Below, one piece after another: positions 37,389-49,257 of a stretch of DNA of 64,000 nucleotides. Below the pieces are notes generated by a model. That model worked only from the letters and a program-made list of their open reading frames with translations. It was not told the DNA's origin and made no database searches. The translations under genes were made by a program, and so were the position numbers. The stretch lies in the NCBI GenBank assembly GCA_963514005.1, contig OY740802.1:23498001-23562000 (forward strand). Reading direction: 5' to 3'. This stretch comes from Raja brachyura. Its lineage: Eukaryota. Within the stretch, counting starts at the first letter, position 1, and each line of letters starts with the position of its first letter.

Positions 37389-37494
37389 TATTTCATTTTC
37401 ATTTGTTATATATAGTTAATACCTTTTAACATCACAAGATAACTGAAAGCATTTCACGGGAGCATTGTCAAATATGCACATGAAGTGATATGGG

Positions 37495-38460
37495 TAAGGA
37501 TTGGAGGATGGGATAAGGATAGAAGAGGCATAGAATGTGAAGCCAGAGGAACAAATATAGGTGAAAGGGACAGGGGGAAGGTATACAGTGGGTTGAAAGC
37601 TACCCAAGAGAAATATGAGGTGCTGTTCCTCCAGTTAGTCACGCAGCAAAAACAGAGAGGTGTTTTTCCCTCAGGCCATCAGGACTGTAAACTCTGATCT
37701 CACCAGGGTGTAAATGCAGTTGTGTCTTCTTTTTTTAATGTAAATACTGTTTCTGTTCTGTTCAGTTTTTATTTTTGCACAATCCTGCTAGCATTGCCAC
37801 TTTCATTTCACTGTACATCTTGTATGTGACACATAAAGTTGACTTGACTTGACCTGTGTGCAAAGGTCATTGCGGGAATAGGAAGGTGAGTTCAAGGGGT
37901 TAGCAGCCGAAAGATCCAACAGGCCTTAGCAGACCAAGCGTAAGCAAAACAATTGCCGAGTCTACACTTGGCCACACCGATGAGTGCAACAGATGTTGTT
38001 AGAGGAGGTACACATGAACGTCTGTTTCACCTGGAAGGATTGCAGGGGTCCCTGCATCGATGTGAGCAAAAGTGTATAGGGTCAGGTGTTACATCTACCA
38101 TTTATGCAGGGGAAATTACCTGAAGAGGGGATGGTTTGGGTGGGAAGGGGTGAATGAACCATAGAGTTGTAGAAGGACTATTCTCAGCGGAAAGTGGAAT
38201 GGAGTGGGGATGGGAAGATGTGACATGAGATCACGTTTAATGTGACGGAAATGTCAGGGGATGATGTGTTGGATGTGAAGGCTTGTGGTGTGAAAGGTAA
38301 GGACCAGGAAAACTCTATCTTTGTTCCATCTGTGGGGAGGGGGTGTGAGAGCAGAACTACAGGACCTGGTTGAGGGACCCGTCTATGAAGCAGAGGAATA
38401 TCTTGGATGTCCTCTTCCCATCCCCACTCCACCCCTTTTTGCTTTCCGCAGACACCAGCA
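37495..38460 (-). mobile_element. Penelope-like element fragment (with a Rex-type tail inserted at ~37645-37852)
   Basis: aaatatgaggtgctgttcctcc GIY-YIG end; reverse-complement V.LVLTFH-type region. Confidence 0.65.
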
Positions 38461-38469
38461 GTCACATCT

Positions 38470-38972
38470 TTTCCTTTCAGTTACAGTCATATTGCCCGGA
38501 AACGAGCCGTCAGCCTAACTTGTCCATGTTAGATGCCCATCCAAGTTAGTCCCATTCCCCTGTATTTGGCCCATACGCCTATTCATGTAGCTGTCCAAAT
38601 GAGTTTTAAATGTTGGTATTGTACCAATACTCAAATACTTCCTTTAGCTCCTTGTTCCATATACCCAGCATATTCTGTGTGCACAAATTGATCCAGGTTC
38701 CTTTCCCATCTCACCTTAAACTTATGCCCTCTGGTAAACTGCTTTTACCCTATCTATTCGCATGATTTTATATACCACTATAAAGTCACACCTCAGCCTC
38801 CTGAACTCCAAGGAATAAAGTCCTAGCCTGCTCAAGCTCTCCCTATAGCTCAGCCCCTCGAGTCCTGGCAACATCCTTGTAAATCTTCTCTGTACTCTCT
38901 CCAGCTTAATGGCTTATTTCCTGTAGCAGGATGACCAAAATTGAATGTAATACTCCAAGTGTGTCTTGTACA
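38470..38972 (-). mobile_element. CR1 3' fragment
   Basis: Reverse-complement C-terminal CR1 motifs. Confidence 0.75.
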
Positions 38973-40404
38973 ATCATTTACTGATGTGAGATCTGAGCTG
39001 GACTAAATTAGCCCCTCTTCAACTTGCATGTTCAACTGAAATGCTATACAAGTTTCTCATAACTGATTTCGACATAACATGCACAAGTTATTGGCATATA
39101 GTTTCATAGTCAACCAACTGAAGAATGAACCTATGTAGATTATAGTTAATCATGAGATAGTCAGCTCATGGTTTCTAACATTTCAACCTGACTTAATGTA
39201 ATCTTGCATTTAAGATACCATCTCAAATACGCAGAAATGTAGGTTACTTTTTAGCTGCAGCCATAAAGCTGTTGAATATTTCTTGGCAAAGTTATAGTAA
39301 ACAGCCCTGCTGGTATTTTGGCATGTCTCACTTCATTGTGATCAAGTTGAAAACGTATAGGCTTAATTTTGCTTCGTGACAAAGTAGGTGAAATTTAAGA
39401 CTTTGCCTAATTGTAGTTTATTTTACTGATTGGTGCCAGGATCTCGTAAGATGGCAGTCTATGAAACATTAATTTCAGGCTGAACAGAAGTGGAAAGGGA
39501 CTGTGGAAAGAATAACTTGGCAATTCCACATTCAGCAGCGAAGATTGAACTGCTGATCAGCAGAGAATTTTGCATTTCTAGTTGAGACATTCAGGTGCAA
39601 CAGTGACCCCACTGAGAGTAAAACATTGGGGTGAAACAGCACAATGTGATTCCTTTGTGCATTATTTTGTGTCCTTTTAATTCAGAGAATTGTGGTGAAT
39701 GTTTTGAGATTTCTTTCGCACCAAGTTTGAGCTTCTCATGTGCAGGTCAGCTGAGAAAATCTGTTCCAGACTAAAATCCTATTTGGAATTCTTCATCTAT
39801 AACTTTACTAGGTGGATACACTAATTGCATTTCCTGGAAACGGAGTAAAAAACAACTGAAGATATCTGCAAGGATGTACTGCACTTAAAGGGAAACTGGA
39901 TGTTTATACAATAACCATTAGATTTTGCTTTGCTATCTGTTTCATTATTTTGTTCCTGGCAGCCGCACCTCATGGAAGTAGATACGACTGAGCTGGAACT
40001 AGGAATGATAGTGGCATTTAAGAATTGTTTTAGATCGTCACATATGCAGGGAATGGAGGAATATACTGTAGATCACATGCAGGCAGATTAACTTGGCATC
40101 ATGTTTGGCATGGACATTGTGGGCCAAAGGGCCTGTTCCTGAGCTTTACTGTTCGTCAGATCCACCAATTGCAGTTATTCTAGCATTGAGGATAATAATG
40201 CTGTCCAAGTGGTGGTAATTGGACAATATCTTCTGTGGCAACCATAAGAAATGATAGGATCCAAAGCTCGGTATTTCATTACGTTTTTGCTGCTAAAGTA
40301 GAATTCTTTCTGCAATATCTATGGTATTTTAGCGGTGCAGAGGCAACGACCAGTTTATTTAAACAGATTTTATTACGAAATCGATTTATGGTCAACAGGT
40401 CTAC

Positions 40405-40555
40405 ACTCATGCGACTGGCTACCACGGTGGTCAGTCGATCAACTGCCGCGCGAAAGTGAAACCGCGCAAAAACAGCAGCCCCTCCCGAGTCACATGACCG
40501 GGGCTTCCGAACGCTGGGTTCGATACCTGCGTGCGCCAGCAGGCGCCGCTACAGT
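40405..40555. promoter_or_regulatory. Small CpG-rich motif cluster: candidate promoter/enhancer
   Basis: GAAAGTGAAAC (IRF/ISRE-like, 40452-40462), GTCACATGAC (E-box, 40489-40498), CTTCCG (ETS core), GGTTCGATACC (B-box-like, 40517-40527); many CpGs in CpG-poor surroundings. Confidence 0.4.
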
Positions 40556-41309
40556 ATTGAAATTCATATTTGTTGAATAGTGCACAAATAAAACATGAGA
40601 AAGTAATCTTCAGAGGAGTTGAAAACAGAAAAACTTGCAAAACAAATGTTCACTTTCCACTATGGTTTATTGACTTGCTGTGGGCAAGATGTTAAGCCTT
40701 AGGCCTGGTTATGCCTGTTGACAACAGTGGTAGCATTTTCAATGGAGAAATTGAAACTAATTTATTCCAAGTTTTGTGGTTTCATACACTGCTGTAATTC
40801 CACGTGGTGACATTTATCTTGACAAATTGGAAAATATCATATCTGCAGACGTCACTTGACAGAAAATGTGTGGGCCAGAAAGTCTTTCAGTAATCAAACT
40901 GTGAGCCGAACTGTAACCATCTAAATACCGTAGCATTATCATCCCTGCAGTTTTGACTCATAATAAATAAATGCACAGCATTTTTAATTACTGTTTATTT
41001 TTCAGATATGTGCAATCTCATTTTCTCTAAATGATTAAAATTGAAATTGTGGAGATTCAATTACTTTATTTGTTTCACCAGCAAGATTCTCTAGATCCAA
41101 TCATGTACTGGGCCAAGAGAGAATATTATTTTAGCTGTCCCGTCCGCTTCCCCCGCCCCCACATTCTACCATCCAGTCAGTGGATTTCACTCTGGAGTGT
41201 CACTTTGCCATTTGCCATTCCATCTGATGGCCAATAATGGTGTGATTAATATGTCCTCAGAAGCCAGATTAAAAGCATTGTCTGTTCACACCAATCACAC
41301 TGAATTAAA

Positions 41310-41745
41310 TTGGCGGCACAGTGGCTCAGCCGATGGAGCTGCATCACAATGCCAGAGACCTGGGTTCCATCCTGACCTCGAATGCTGACTGTGTAGAGTT
41401 TGATATTTGAAATATGATATGTTTCCAATTGTTCAAGATAATTATTACAATATGCAATTGCAGCAATGTTTGGAACTGTAAAACTTGGAGTGAATTAGTT
41501 TCAATTTCACCACTGAAAGAGCTACTACTGCTCTCCCTGTAACTGCGTGGGTTTTCTTTGGGTGTTCTGGCTTCCTCCCACATCCCAAAGATGTGAGGGT
41601 TCACATGTTAATTGGCCTCTAGTGTGTATGGAGTGGACCAGAAAGTGAAATAACGTGGAAGTTGCGTGAACGGGTGATTGATAGTGGATGTATTTGCAGT
41701 GGGCAGACGGGCCTGTTTCCATGCTGTATTTTTCAATCAATCAAT
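41310..41745 (+). mobile_element. HE1/V-type SINE interrupted by ~127 bp of AT-rich sequence
   Basis: Head at 41310-41402; V-domain resumes at ~41530. Confidence 0.7.
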
Positions 41746-42591
41746 TAAAACTGGCTGAACAATGCCTCAAATTTGTTGAAAACATCAAGGCTTGTAAAAG
41801 ATTTTTAGATTGTTCTCTTATCAACACGATTTGTAAAGTGTGCTTTAGAAGATGCTGCTCATATCGGTAGTGCGTCTTTTGAAAATGTGAGTATTTCACT
41901 CTCTCTCCATTCTCAATGGGAACCTCATCACATTCATATGTTCCTGGTGAAGGACTTTCTGATCCAATAATGTAAAGTCAATAAATCATCCTTGGTTTAT
42001 GGTACATTTTTCTTGTATTCTTGTTTGTACTGACAGCTCTGAAAAGTAAGGGAGGCAGGCGTGTTGCCTTGGAAACCTCCACCAGAATAAAAGCAGTTCA
42101 CAACCTGTCCATGCAGATTATATTTTTGAAATCTGTTCCAAATTTATGATTCCCAGATTTAAAAAATGTGTAGGTTTCCCATTTGATCTTGCTTTCTGAT
42201 TCATTAGAATATAAAGTAAATGAAAGAGAAGCCTGTTTATTAAGTTTCAAAGTGCTTCGTATTTAATGACTTTCATGCTATGATTTGTGAAAACTTGTGC
42301 AGTCTGGACTGAACTGTTTGCTCAATTGATGCATTGTGAAACACATGCCAATAAAATTCCCTTTATTTCATTAACATTATAATATATAATTATATTATAT
42401 ACTATACTATTTTTTTCTGGTTTCCACACTTATTTTCATAGCATGAGCAAATGATAAAATTTCCCATTGAGATCTGTTGCATCTGCATTTATAACATCAG
42501 CATTAAACTGGCAATAATTCAAAAATGATAATTGAGTAGATGTAAACAGCTAATCAATATACTTATGTGAAACTTATTGAAGATATCATAC

Positions 42592-42694
42592 CTTTTCAGG
42601 GGAAGATAGAAAGCGAGATTCACAGAAGGAGGGAATACATCTAATAGTGGAGTGATGCTGGAGGGAGATGATGGATAATCTTTCAAAGAAAGAC
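42592..42694 (-). other. Possible isolated internal exon (103 nt), unidentified
   Basis: Minus strand: ...tctctcactggacctacag acceptor and AAG|gtatga donor; two frames are open. Confidence 0.2.
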
Positions 42695-42914
42695 CTGTAG
42701 GTCCAGTGAGAGATAATACAGCCTGGGTTGGCTCGGTAAATTTGTCCGAAAAGCAAGTTGATAAGCATGTATGAATAATTTAATAATGCAGGTAAAAAGA
42801 ATAAATAACCTAACCAAAATTGGAAGGATGAAAAGTTTACCATGCACTCTCTCTCTCCTTTGACAACCCCGCTCACCACCACATCTAAACTTTCCAAAAG
42901 CACAAGACACATAA

Positions 42915-43350
42915 AACCTAGAACATAGAACAGTACATCACAGGAACATACAGCTACAGCTCACAATGTTTGTGCCGAACATGATGCCAAGTGAAATTGA
43001 TCTCATCTGCCAGAACATGATCCATATTCCCTGCACTTCCATGTGCCTATCCAATAGCCACTTAAATGCCACTATTGAATCTGCCTCCACCCCGGGCAAT
43101 GCTTTCCAGGCTCCCACCCTTCTCTGTGTAAAATAAAATTGTGCTGCACATTTCTATTAAACCTTCCCACTCCCACCTTCTATGCCCTCCAGTATTGGAC
43201 ATATCCACCCTGGAAAAAAGGTTATGACTGTCTACCCTATCCATGCCTCTCATAATTTTATATACCGATCAAGTCACCCCACAACCTCTGACATTCCAGT
43301 GAAAGCGATCCAACTCTATCAAATATCATTAGCTGACACCCTCTCATCCA
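42915..43350 (-). mobile_element. CR1 3' fragment
   Basis: MRGMDRVDSHNLFSRV..SNTGGH; (ttcta)n-type tail. Confidence 0.75.
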
Positions 43351-43654
43351 GGTATGAAACTGCTGAGCAAATGACGGAGAAGGAAAAGAGTGACATTGAA
43401 TGACATGCACCTCTTTCTCACCACAAATGGCTCAACTTTTAATGAATTAACCATAGTGCATGATACAAGTTGACTGTAATTTTACTCCACATTCTTGGCA
43501 GATCTCTTTCATTTGGCTACAAAAGATTAGATTTAATTTGCATTGTGCTGTAATAACACTGCTTGAAGGTTATCTAAATCCCCAGACGAGCTTATTTTGC
43601 ACTCTCATTCAGTATATAATAGCCTCAGAATTCATTTCCTTTCATCAAGTGTTC

Positions 43655-43787
43655 NNNNNNNNNNNNNNNNNNNNNNNNNNNNNNNNNNNNNNNNNNNNNN
43701 NNNNNNNNNNNNNNNNNNNNNNNNNNNNNNNNNNNNNNNNNNNNNNNNNNNNNNNNNNNNNNNNNNNNNNNNNNNNNNNNNNNNNNN
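43655..43787. other. Assembly gap (N run)
   Basis: Run of N. Confidence 1.
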
Positions 43788-44594
43788 AAAGATGCTCATC
43801 AAACACCCGTCCAACGGCTTATGATAGTTGAAGCCCATGTGTTTGTGATTTGCTGACATTTGGTATCCCAGTTACTTATGTTACTTAATTATGTCCTTCA
43901 TGGACAAGCAGGGAGGCCTGTTTCTTGTTGATGGATCATACAAAATACGTGGATGCAGGGTAATATAATTCCTTAAAATTAGCATACCACAGACCAAATA
44001 ATCGTATTTATTTTTATGTGATTATTAAGCATTGTTTAATTGCAATCAGTTAATAAACATTGGCATTGTCTTGTTTGAATGTTTAATACAAAATTCCAGT
44101 TCAGAACTGGCAGGTTAATGAGCGTCAATTGCAACTTTTGACCTACTGCCAATTTGATTGATGAAAGGGGAAAGCACTGGATGTGTGTAATCTACTGTTA
44201 TAATTCTGTTCCATGCCTCTGAAAGTTTCCTGTGCACAATCCATAAACAGAAATGCTATAAAGCACGATTCGTGCATGCTTATTTCATTTTCCCCCTATA
44301 AATGATTCTTTAATACCTTTTATTGTGTGTGAAGTTAGTTAAGGCACCATTCTTGCAACTTTGAAGCTTACATAACACGGAGCAACAGAAACTAAAATTC
44401 TGATGTGTGTATTTTATGTATCAGATGGCAGATAATTTTTCTTTGAGCTCAGTGTTGTTTCTTTCCCACCTTATTTCACTGTGAGGAAAATCATTATCTT
44501 TAGCTTTTACTGACAGCTTTTAATGTACCTCTCATACTTTATATTTGTCTTTAGTGATTCCAAATGCCTTGCTTGCCTCTGTATATATGTATAT

Positions 44595-46625
44595 AGAGAG
44601 TCATAGAGTCATACAGCGTGGAAACAGGCCATTCTCCCCATCTTACCCATTGAACAAACATGGTCCATCTACACAAGTCCCACCTACACAAATCTATCCT
44701 ATCCATGTACTGTATCTGTCTAAATAGTTCTTAAACGTTATGATAATATTTGTCTCAACTAGCTCCTCTGGCAGCTCATTCCAAACACCCACCGCATTTG
44801 TGTAAAAAACATACCCCTCGGGTTCCTATTCCCCCCCTCACCTTCAACATATGTCCTCTAGCTCTCGATTCCCCTGCTCTGCGAAAACGATGCTGTGCAA
44901 TGACCTAATCTATTCCTTTCATGATTTTGTACCTCTTTTAGATCACCCCTCATTCTCTCGCATTCCAAGGAATAAAGTCCTAGCCTGTTCAACCTTTCCT
45001 TATAGCCCTTCTAGTCCTGACAACATCCTTGTAAGTCTTCTCTGCATCCTTTTCAAACTGACAACATAATTCTTATACTGTAACAGGGTGACCAAAGAGA
45101 ACACAATACTCTAATTGTGGCCTCACCAACGTCTTATGCTGCAACATGACCTCCCAACGTCTATACGCAATACTCTAACTGATGAAGACCAATGTGCCTA
45201 AAGCCTTCTTGACTACCCTATCTACTTGTGATGGCACTTTCAAAGAACTATGTACCTGCACTCCTAGATCCCCCTGCTCTACACTACAACCCTCCCGAGA
45301 GCCTTGCCGTTCACTGTGCAGGTCCTATTCTGGTTACACTTTCCAAAATGCAACATCTGACACTTCTCTGTATTAAACTCCATCAACCATTCCTCAGCCC
45401 ACCTGGCCAATCAATCAAGATCCTGCTGCATTTTTTTACAAGCATCATCACTATCTACAATACCACCCACTTTAGTGTTATCTGCAAACTTGTTAATCAT
45501 GCCATGTACATTCTCAACCAAATTATTGATATAGATGACAAACAACAATGGGCCCAACATCGAACCCTGAGGCACATCACTCCACAGGCCTCCAGTCCGA
45601 AAAAATACCTTCCCACCACCTCTGCTACCTTACATGAAGCCAATTTTTTATCCATTCAGCTATCTCTCCTTGGATCCCATGCATTTTAACCTTCCAGAGC
45701 AGCCTACATTGCAAAAACTTGTCGAATGCCTTGCTGAAGTCCATATATACAATGCCTACAGCTCTGCCCTTATTAACCTTTTTGATCACATCTTCAAAAA
45801 ACTCAATCAGGTTCGTGAGGCATGACCTCCCATGTAGAAAACCATGCTGACTATTCCTAATCCCTTGTCCATCTAAATGAATGCATGTTGAATGGGGAGT
45901 GTTCCCAGTGAGTGCGGCCATGCCCTCCAGCAGTCCTGCCTCACCCACTGCAGACGTTGGACCTGCCCAGTAGGCTCGGCTTGCCCGCCGCGGACGTCGA
46001 CAGGGCCGGCACCACGAGAGCAAGGAGGGACCAGCAAGCAACCACTGAGAGCGAGCAGGGTTGTCGAGGAGCGAGGTGAGCTGTTGAGGAACGAGATATG
46101 CCATCGAGGAGCGAGGAAGGTCGGTGCGGAGCAAGGAAAGCTGTCAGAGAGTAAGCAAGGCTATCGGGGGCTCCTGGCGGTGGGCGGCCGAGGACGGGCC
46201 ACATGAGTGCCAGAGGTCGAACGGGCCATGTGAGTGCCGGAGGTCAATTGATGACGCACTGCCGAGAGAACAAAGTGGGGCCCGGCATAGTGGGGTGCTG
46301 AGAACAAAGTGGGACCAGGTGTGGTCGGGCCGACGAGAAGAAGGAGGGACCATTGGGTCTACATTGAACACTTGGTAACTTTGTCGGTGACCTATACGTG
46401 TCGTCTCTTTGCATACATTGTGTATGGTATGCAAAACATAGAATTTCACTGTGATATGTCACATGTGATAATAAAGTATCAATCAATCTCAGAATACCCT
46501 CTAGTAACCTTCCGACCACAGATGTTAGGCTTATTGGCCTGTCGTTCCAAGGCTTTTCCCTGCAGCCCTTTTTGAATAGAGGCACAACATTTGCCATCCT
46601 TCAGTCTTCTAGTACCTCACCTGTA
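44595..46625 (-). mobile_element. CR1 LINE RT-to-3' fragment, interrupted at ~45878-46487
   Basis: ANVVPLFKKG.REKP.N.RPISLTSVVG; SQHGFLHGRSCLTNLIEFFE...VYMDFSKAFDK. Confidence 0.9.
45878..46487 (+). mobile_element. GC-rich non-autonomous retroposon with Rex-like tail
   Basis: Splits the CR1 reading frame; ends gaatttcactgtg...cacatgtgataataaagtatcaatcaatc. Confidence 0.65.
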
Positions 46626-47670
46626 TTTAACAACAACTCATAACTTTAAACCCGGACACCTGCAATTTCCTCTCTAGCTTCCCAATATGAGTCCATGATT
46701 TATGCAACTCTCGCTTGTCATCTTCACTCTTGCTCTGTTGGAGAACTTGCAGTAAAGTGAGGATTATTCTTCCAAAATAGAATAATGTTACACCATAGTC
46801 AATTAATGTCAATGTTTTCAATGGTACAACACAGCTCCATTTGGGTAGGTTAGGCATATTTGTGGTTGGAGATGAGGCAAAGATAGGACTTTAAAGGATT
46901 GATGGACAAACAAATAACAGAGGGAGTCACACAATTAGGGTAAACAGTACTTTTGGCACCTACTTTCTTTTCTTTTGTTCAACACTGATAAGAGGATGCT
47001 CTGCCATTACTGATGACACAGAAACAGATCTACACCTCCCTTCCTCCTTTTGACACTTACTCCAAATGAGTTTCATTCAACTGTGGGCAGCTGATCCCAA
47101 AGTCAGGGCATAATAGAATAATCATTGTGATTTTACTCTTGTGTAAAATCAGTCACTGTACCATTATATTTTTTCATATTTATTTCTCAGATTTATCATT
47201 AGATTACAAATTTAGAAATTTGGTGAAATTTGTTGTCACAGCTTTCAGAATCAGACTTGAGAATACTAATCAAAGCAGGGATGACATTTTAATGATGTTC
47301 CAATACTAAGTTGATCCAAACATTATGTATTAGTTTCTAAGTGTAATATACTCATTTTATGATTCAGAATAAAATGAGCCATTTAGAACAATTTGCCTTA
47401 ATTGTATGGAACAGCGTGGAAACTGGCCATTTGGTCCAACTTGCCAACATGTCCCAGCTAGACACAAAATACTGGAGTAACTCAGCGGGACAGGCAGCAT
47501 CCCTGGAGAGAAGAAATGGGTGATGTTTCGGGTCAAAACCCTTCCTCACCCCTGATGTCAGGGGTGAGGGAGAAACATAGATTCTGAAGTGATCATATAA
47601 GGAAGCGTGAAGTGTGAAAACAGGACAAAAGGAATGGAGATCAAGGAAAAAGTAGAATAGATCATTGTTA

Positions 47671-47878
47671 AAGAAGGAACTGCAGATGCTGGAGAATCGA
47701 GGGTTACACAAAAAGCTGGAGAAACTCAGTGGGTGCAGCAGCATCTAAGGAGCAAAGGAGATAGGCGATGTTTCGGGTCGAGACCCTGAAGAAGGGTCTC
47801 GACCCGAAACGTCGCCTATCTCCTTCGCTCCTTAGATGCTGCTGCACCCGCTGAGTTTCTCCAGCTTTTTGTGTAACC
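47671..47878. mobile_element. Fold-back Penelope pLTR cassette with hammerhead motif
   Basis: ~86-bp inverted arms (47702-47787 / 47793-47878); 14-bp TSD atagatcattgtta; HHR core at 47786-47813. Confidence 0.85.
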
Positions 47879-47944
47879 ATAGATCATTGTTAGTTGGGAG
47901 GAGCTAACAACAAGGCAGAGATAAAATGTAGTTGGAGACAGTAA

Positions 47945-48523
47945 AGGGCCTGTCCTACAAGCATGCAACTCTATGCGATGAACGCGATCAAACTAGAAGC
48001 GGGGGCCGCGCGGAGGTCGGGTGATCCCCTGTACAGGGCCGTTCCCACCAGCATGCGCCTGCATGTGGCAAGCGCAACCAAACCGGCAGCAGGGGCCGCG
48101 CGGAGGTCAGGTGAGTGGCGCAACGCGACGCAAAGTGAGGCGAACTTGGAGCGAAGTCTAAGGTAAGTTTGCCAGGACAGAGAGGGGCACACAGAGAGGG
48201 GCACACAGGCACACACACACAGAGGGCCACAGAGCCATACACATAGAGGGTCACGAAAGCACCTACAGATAGGTTCACGGAGGCACAATGTCGGGGCGGT
48301 GTGTAATGCGTCGAGGCGACTGCGAGCCGACAAGCCGTTGCCGCGCGGAATTTTTGAACATAGTCAGTTTTTCGGAGCCCCGCGCGATGTCGAGACGAAC
48401 TCCGCACAATTCCGCACGACTCCGGCGATCGAAGTGGGACTGGCCCCACGACGCCGGACGGCTCAAACGACCACGTTAGGTCGCGCTAATTGCATAGAGT
48501 TGCATGCTTGTAGGACAGGCCCT
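47945..48523. mobile_element. PIF/Harbinger MITE (579 bp)
   Basis: Perfect 32-bp TIR AGGGCCTGTCCTACAAGCATGCAACTCTATGC; TAA TSD on both sides; removing it restores the host Penelope sequence. Confidence 0.92.
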
Positions 48524-48771
48524 TAAGGCTGGTCGGAGAACTGGGAAGGGGGAGGGATGGAGAGAGAGGGAATGCAAGGGTTACTTGAAGTTAGAGAAGT
48601 CAATGTTAATACTACTGGGGTGTAAGCTGCCCAAGCAAAATATGAGGTGCTGTTCCTCCAATTTGTGCTGGGTCTCACTCTGACAATGGAGGGGGCCCAG
48701 GACAGAAAGCTCAGTGTGGGAATGTGAGGGGGAGTTAAAGTGTTCAGCAACCGGGACATCAGGTAGGTTTA

Positions 48772-49257
48772 CATAGAAACATAAAAACATAGAAAATAGG
48801 CGTAGGAGCAGGCCTTTCGGCCCTTCGAGCCTGCACCGCCATTCAATATGATTATGGCTGATCATCCAACTCAGTATCCCGTACCTGCCTTCTCTCCATA
48901 ACCCCTGATCCCTTTAGCCACAAGGGCCACATCTAACTCCCTCTTAAATATAGCCAATGAACTGGCCTCAACTACCTTCTGTGGCAGATAATTCCAGAGA
49001 CTCACCACTCTCTGTGTGAAAAATGTTTTTCTCATCTCGGTCCTAAAAGATTTCCCCCTTATCCTTAAACTGTGACCCCTTGTCCTGGACTTCCCTAACA
49101 TCGGGAACAATCTTCCTGCATCTAGCTTGTCCAACCCCTTAAGAATTTTGTACGTTTCTATAAGATCCCCCCTCAATCTTCTAAATTCTAGCGAGTACGA
49201 GCCGAGTCTATCCAGTCTTTCTTCATATGAAAGTCCTGCCATCCCAGGAATCAGTTT
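48772..49257 (-). mobile_element. Young 5'-truncated CR1 LINE
   Basis: Intact ORF2 C-terminus MAGLSYEERL...RRLRGDLIETYKI...RTRGHSL...GYGEKAGTGY*; (tttctatg)n tail; near-TSD ggtag(g)ttta. Confidence 0.92.
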
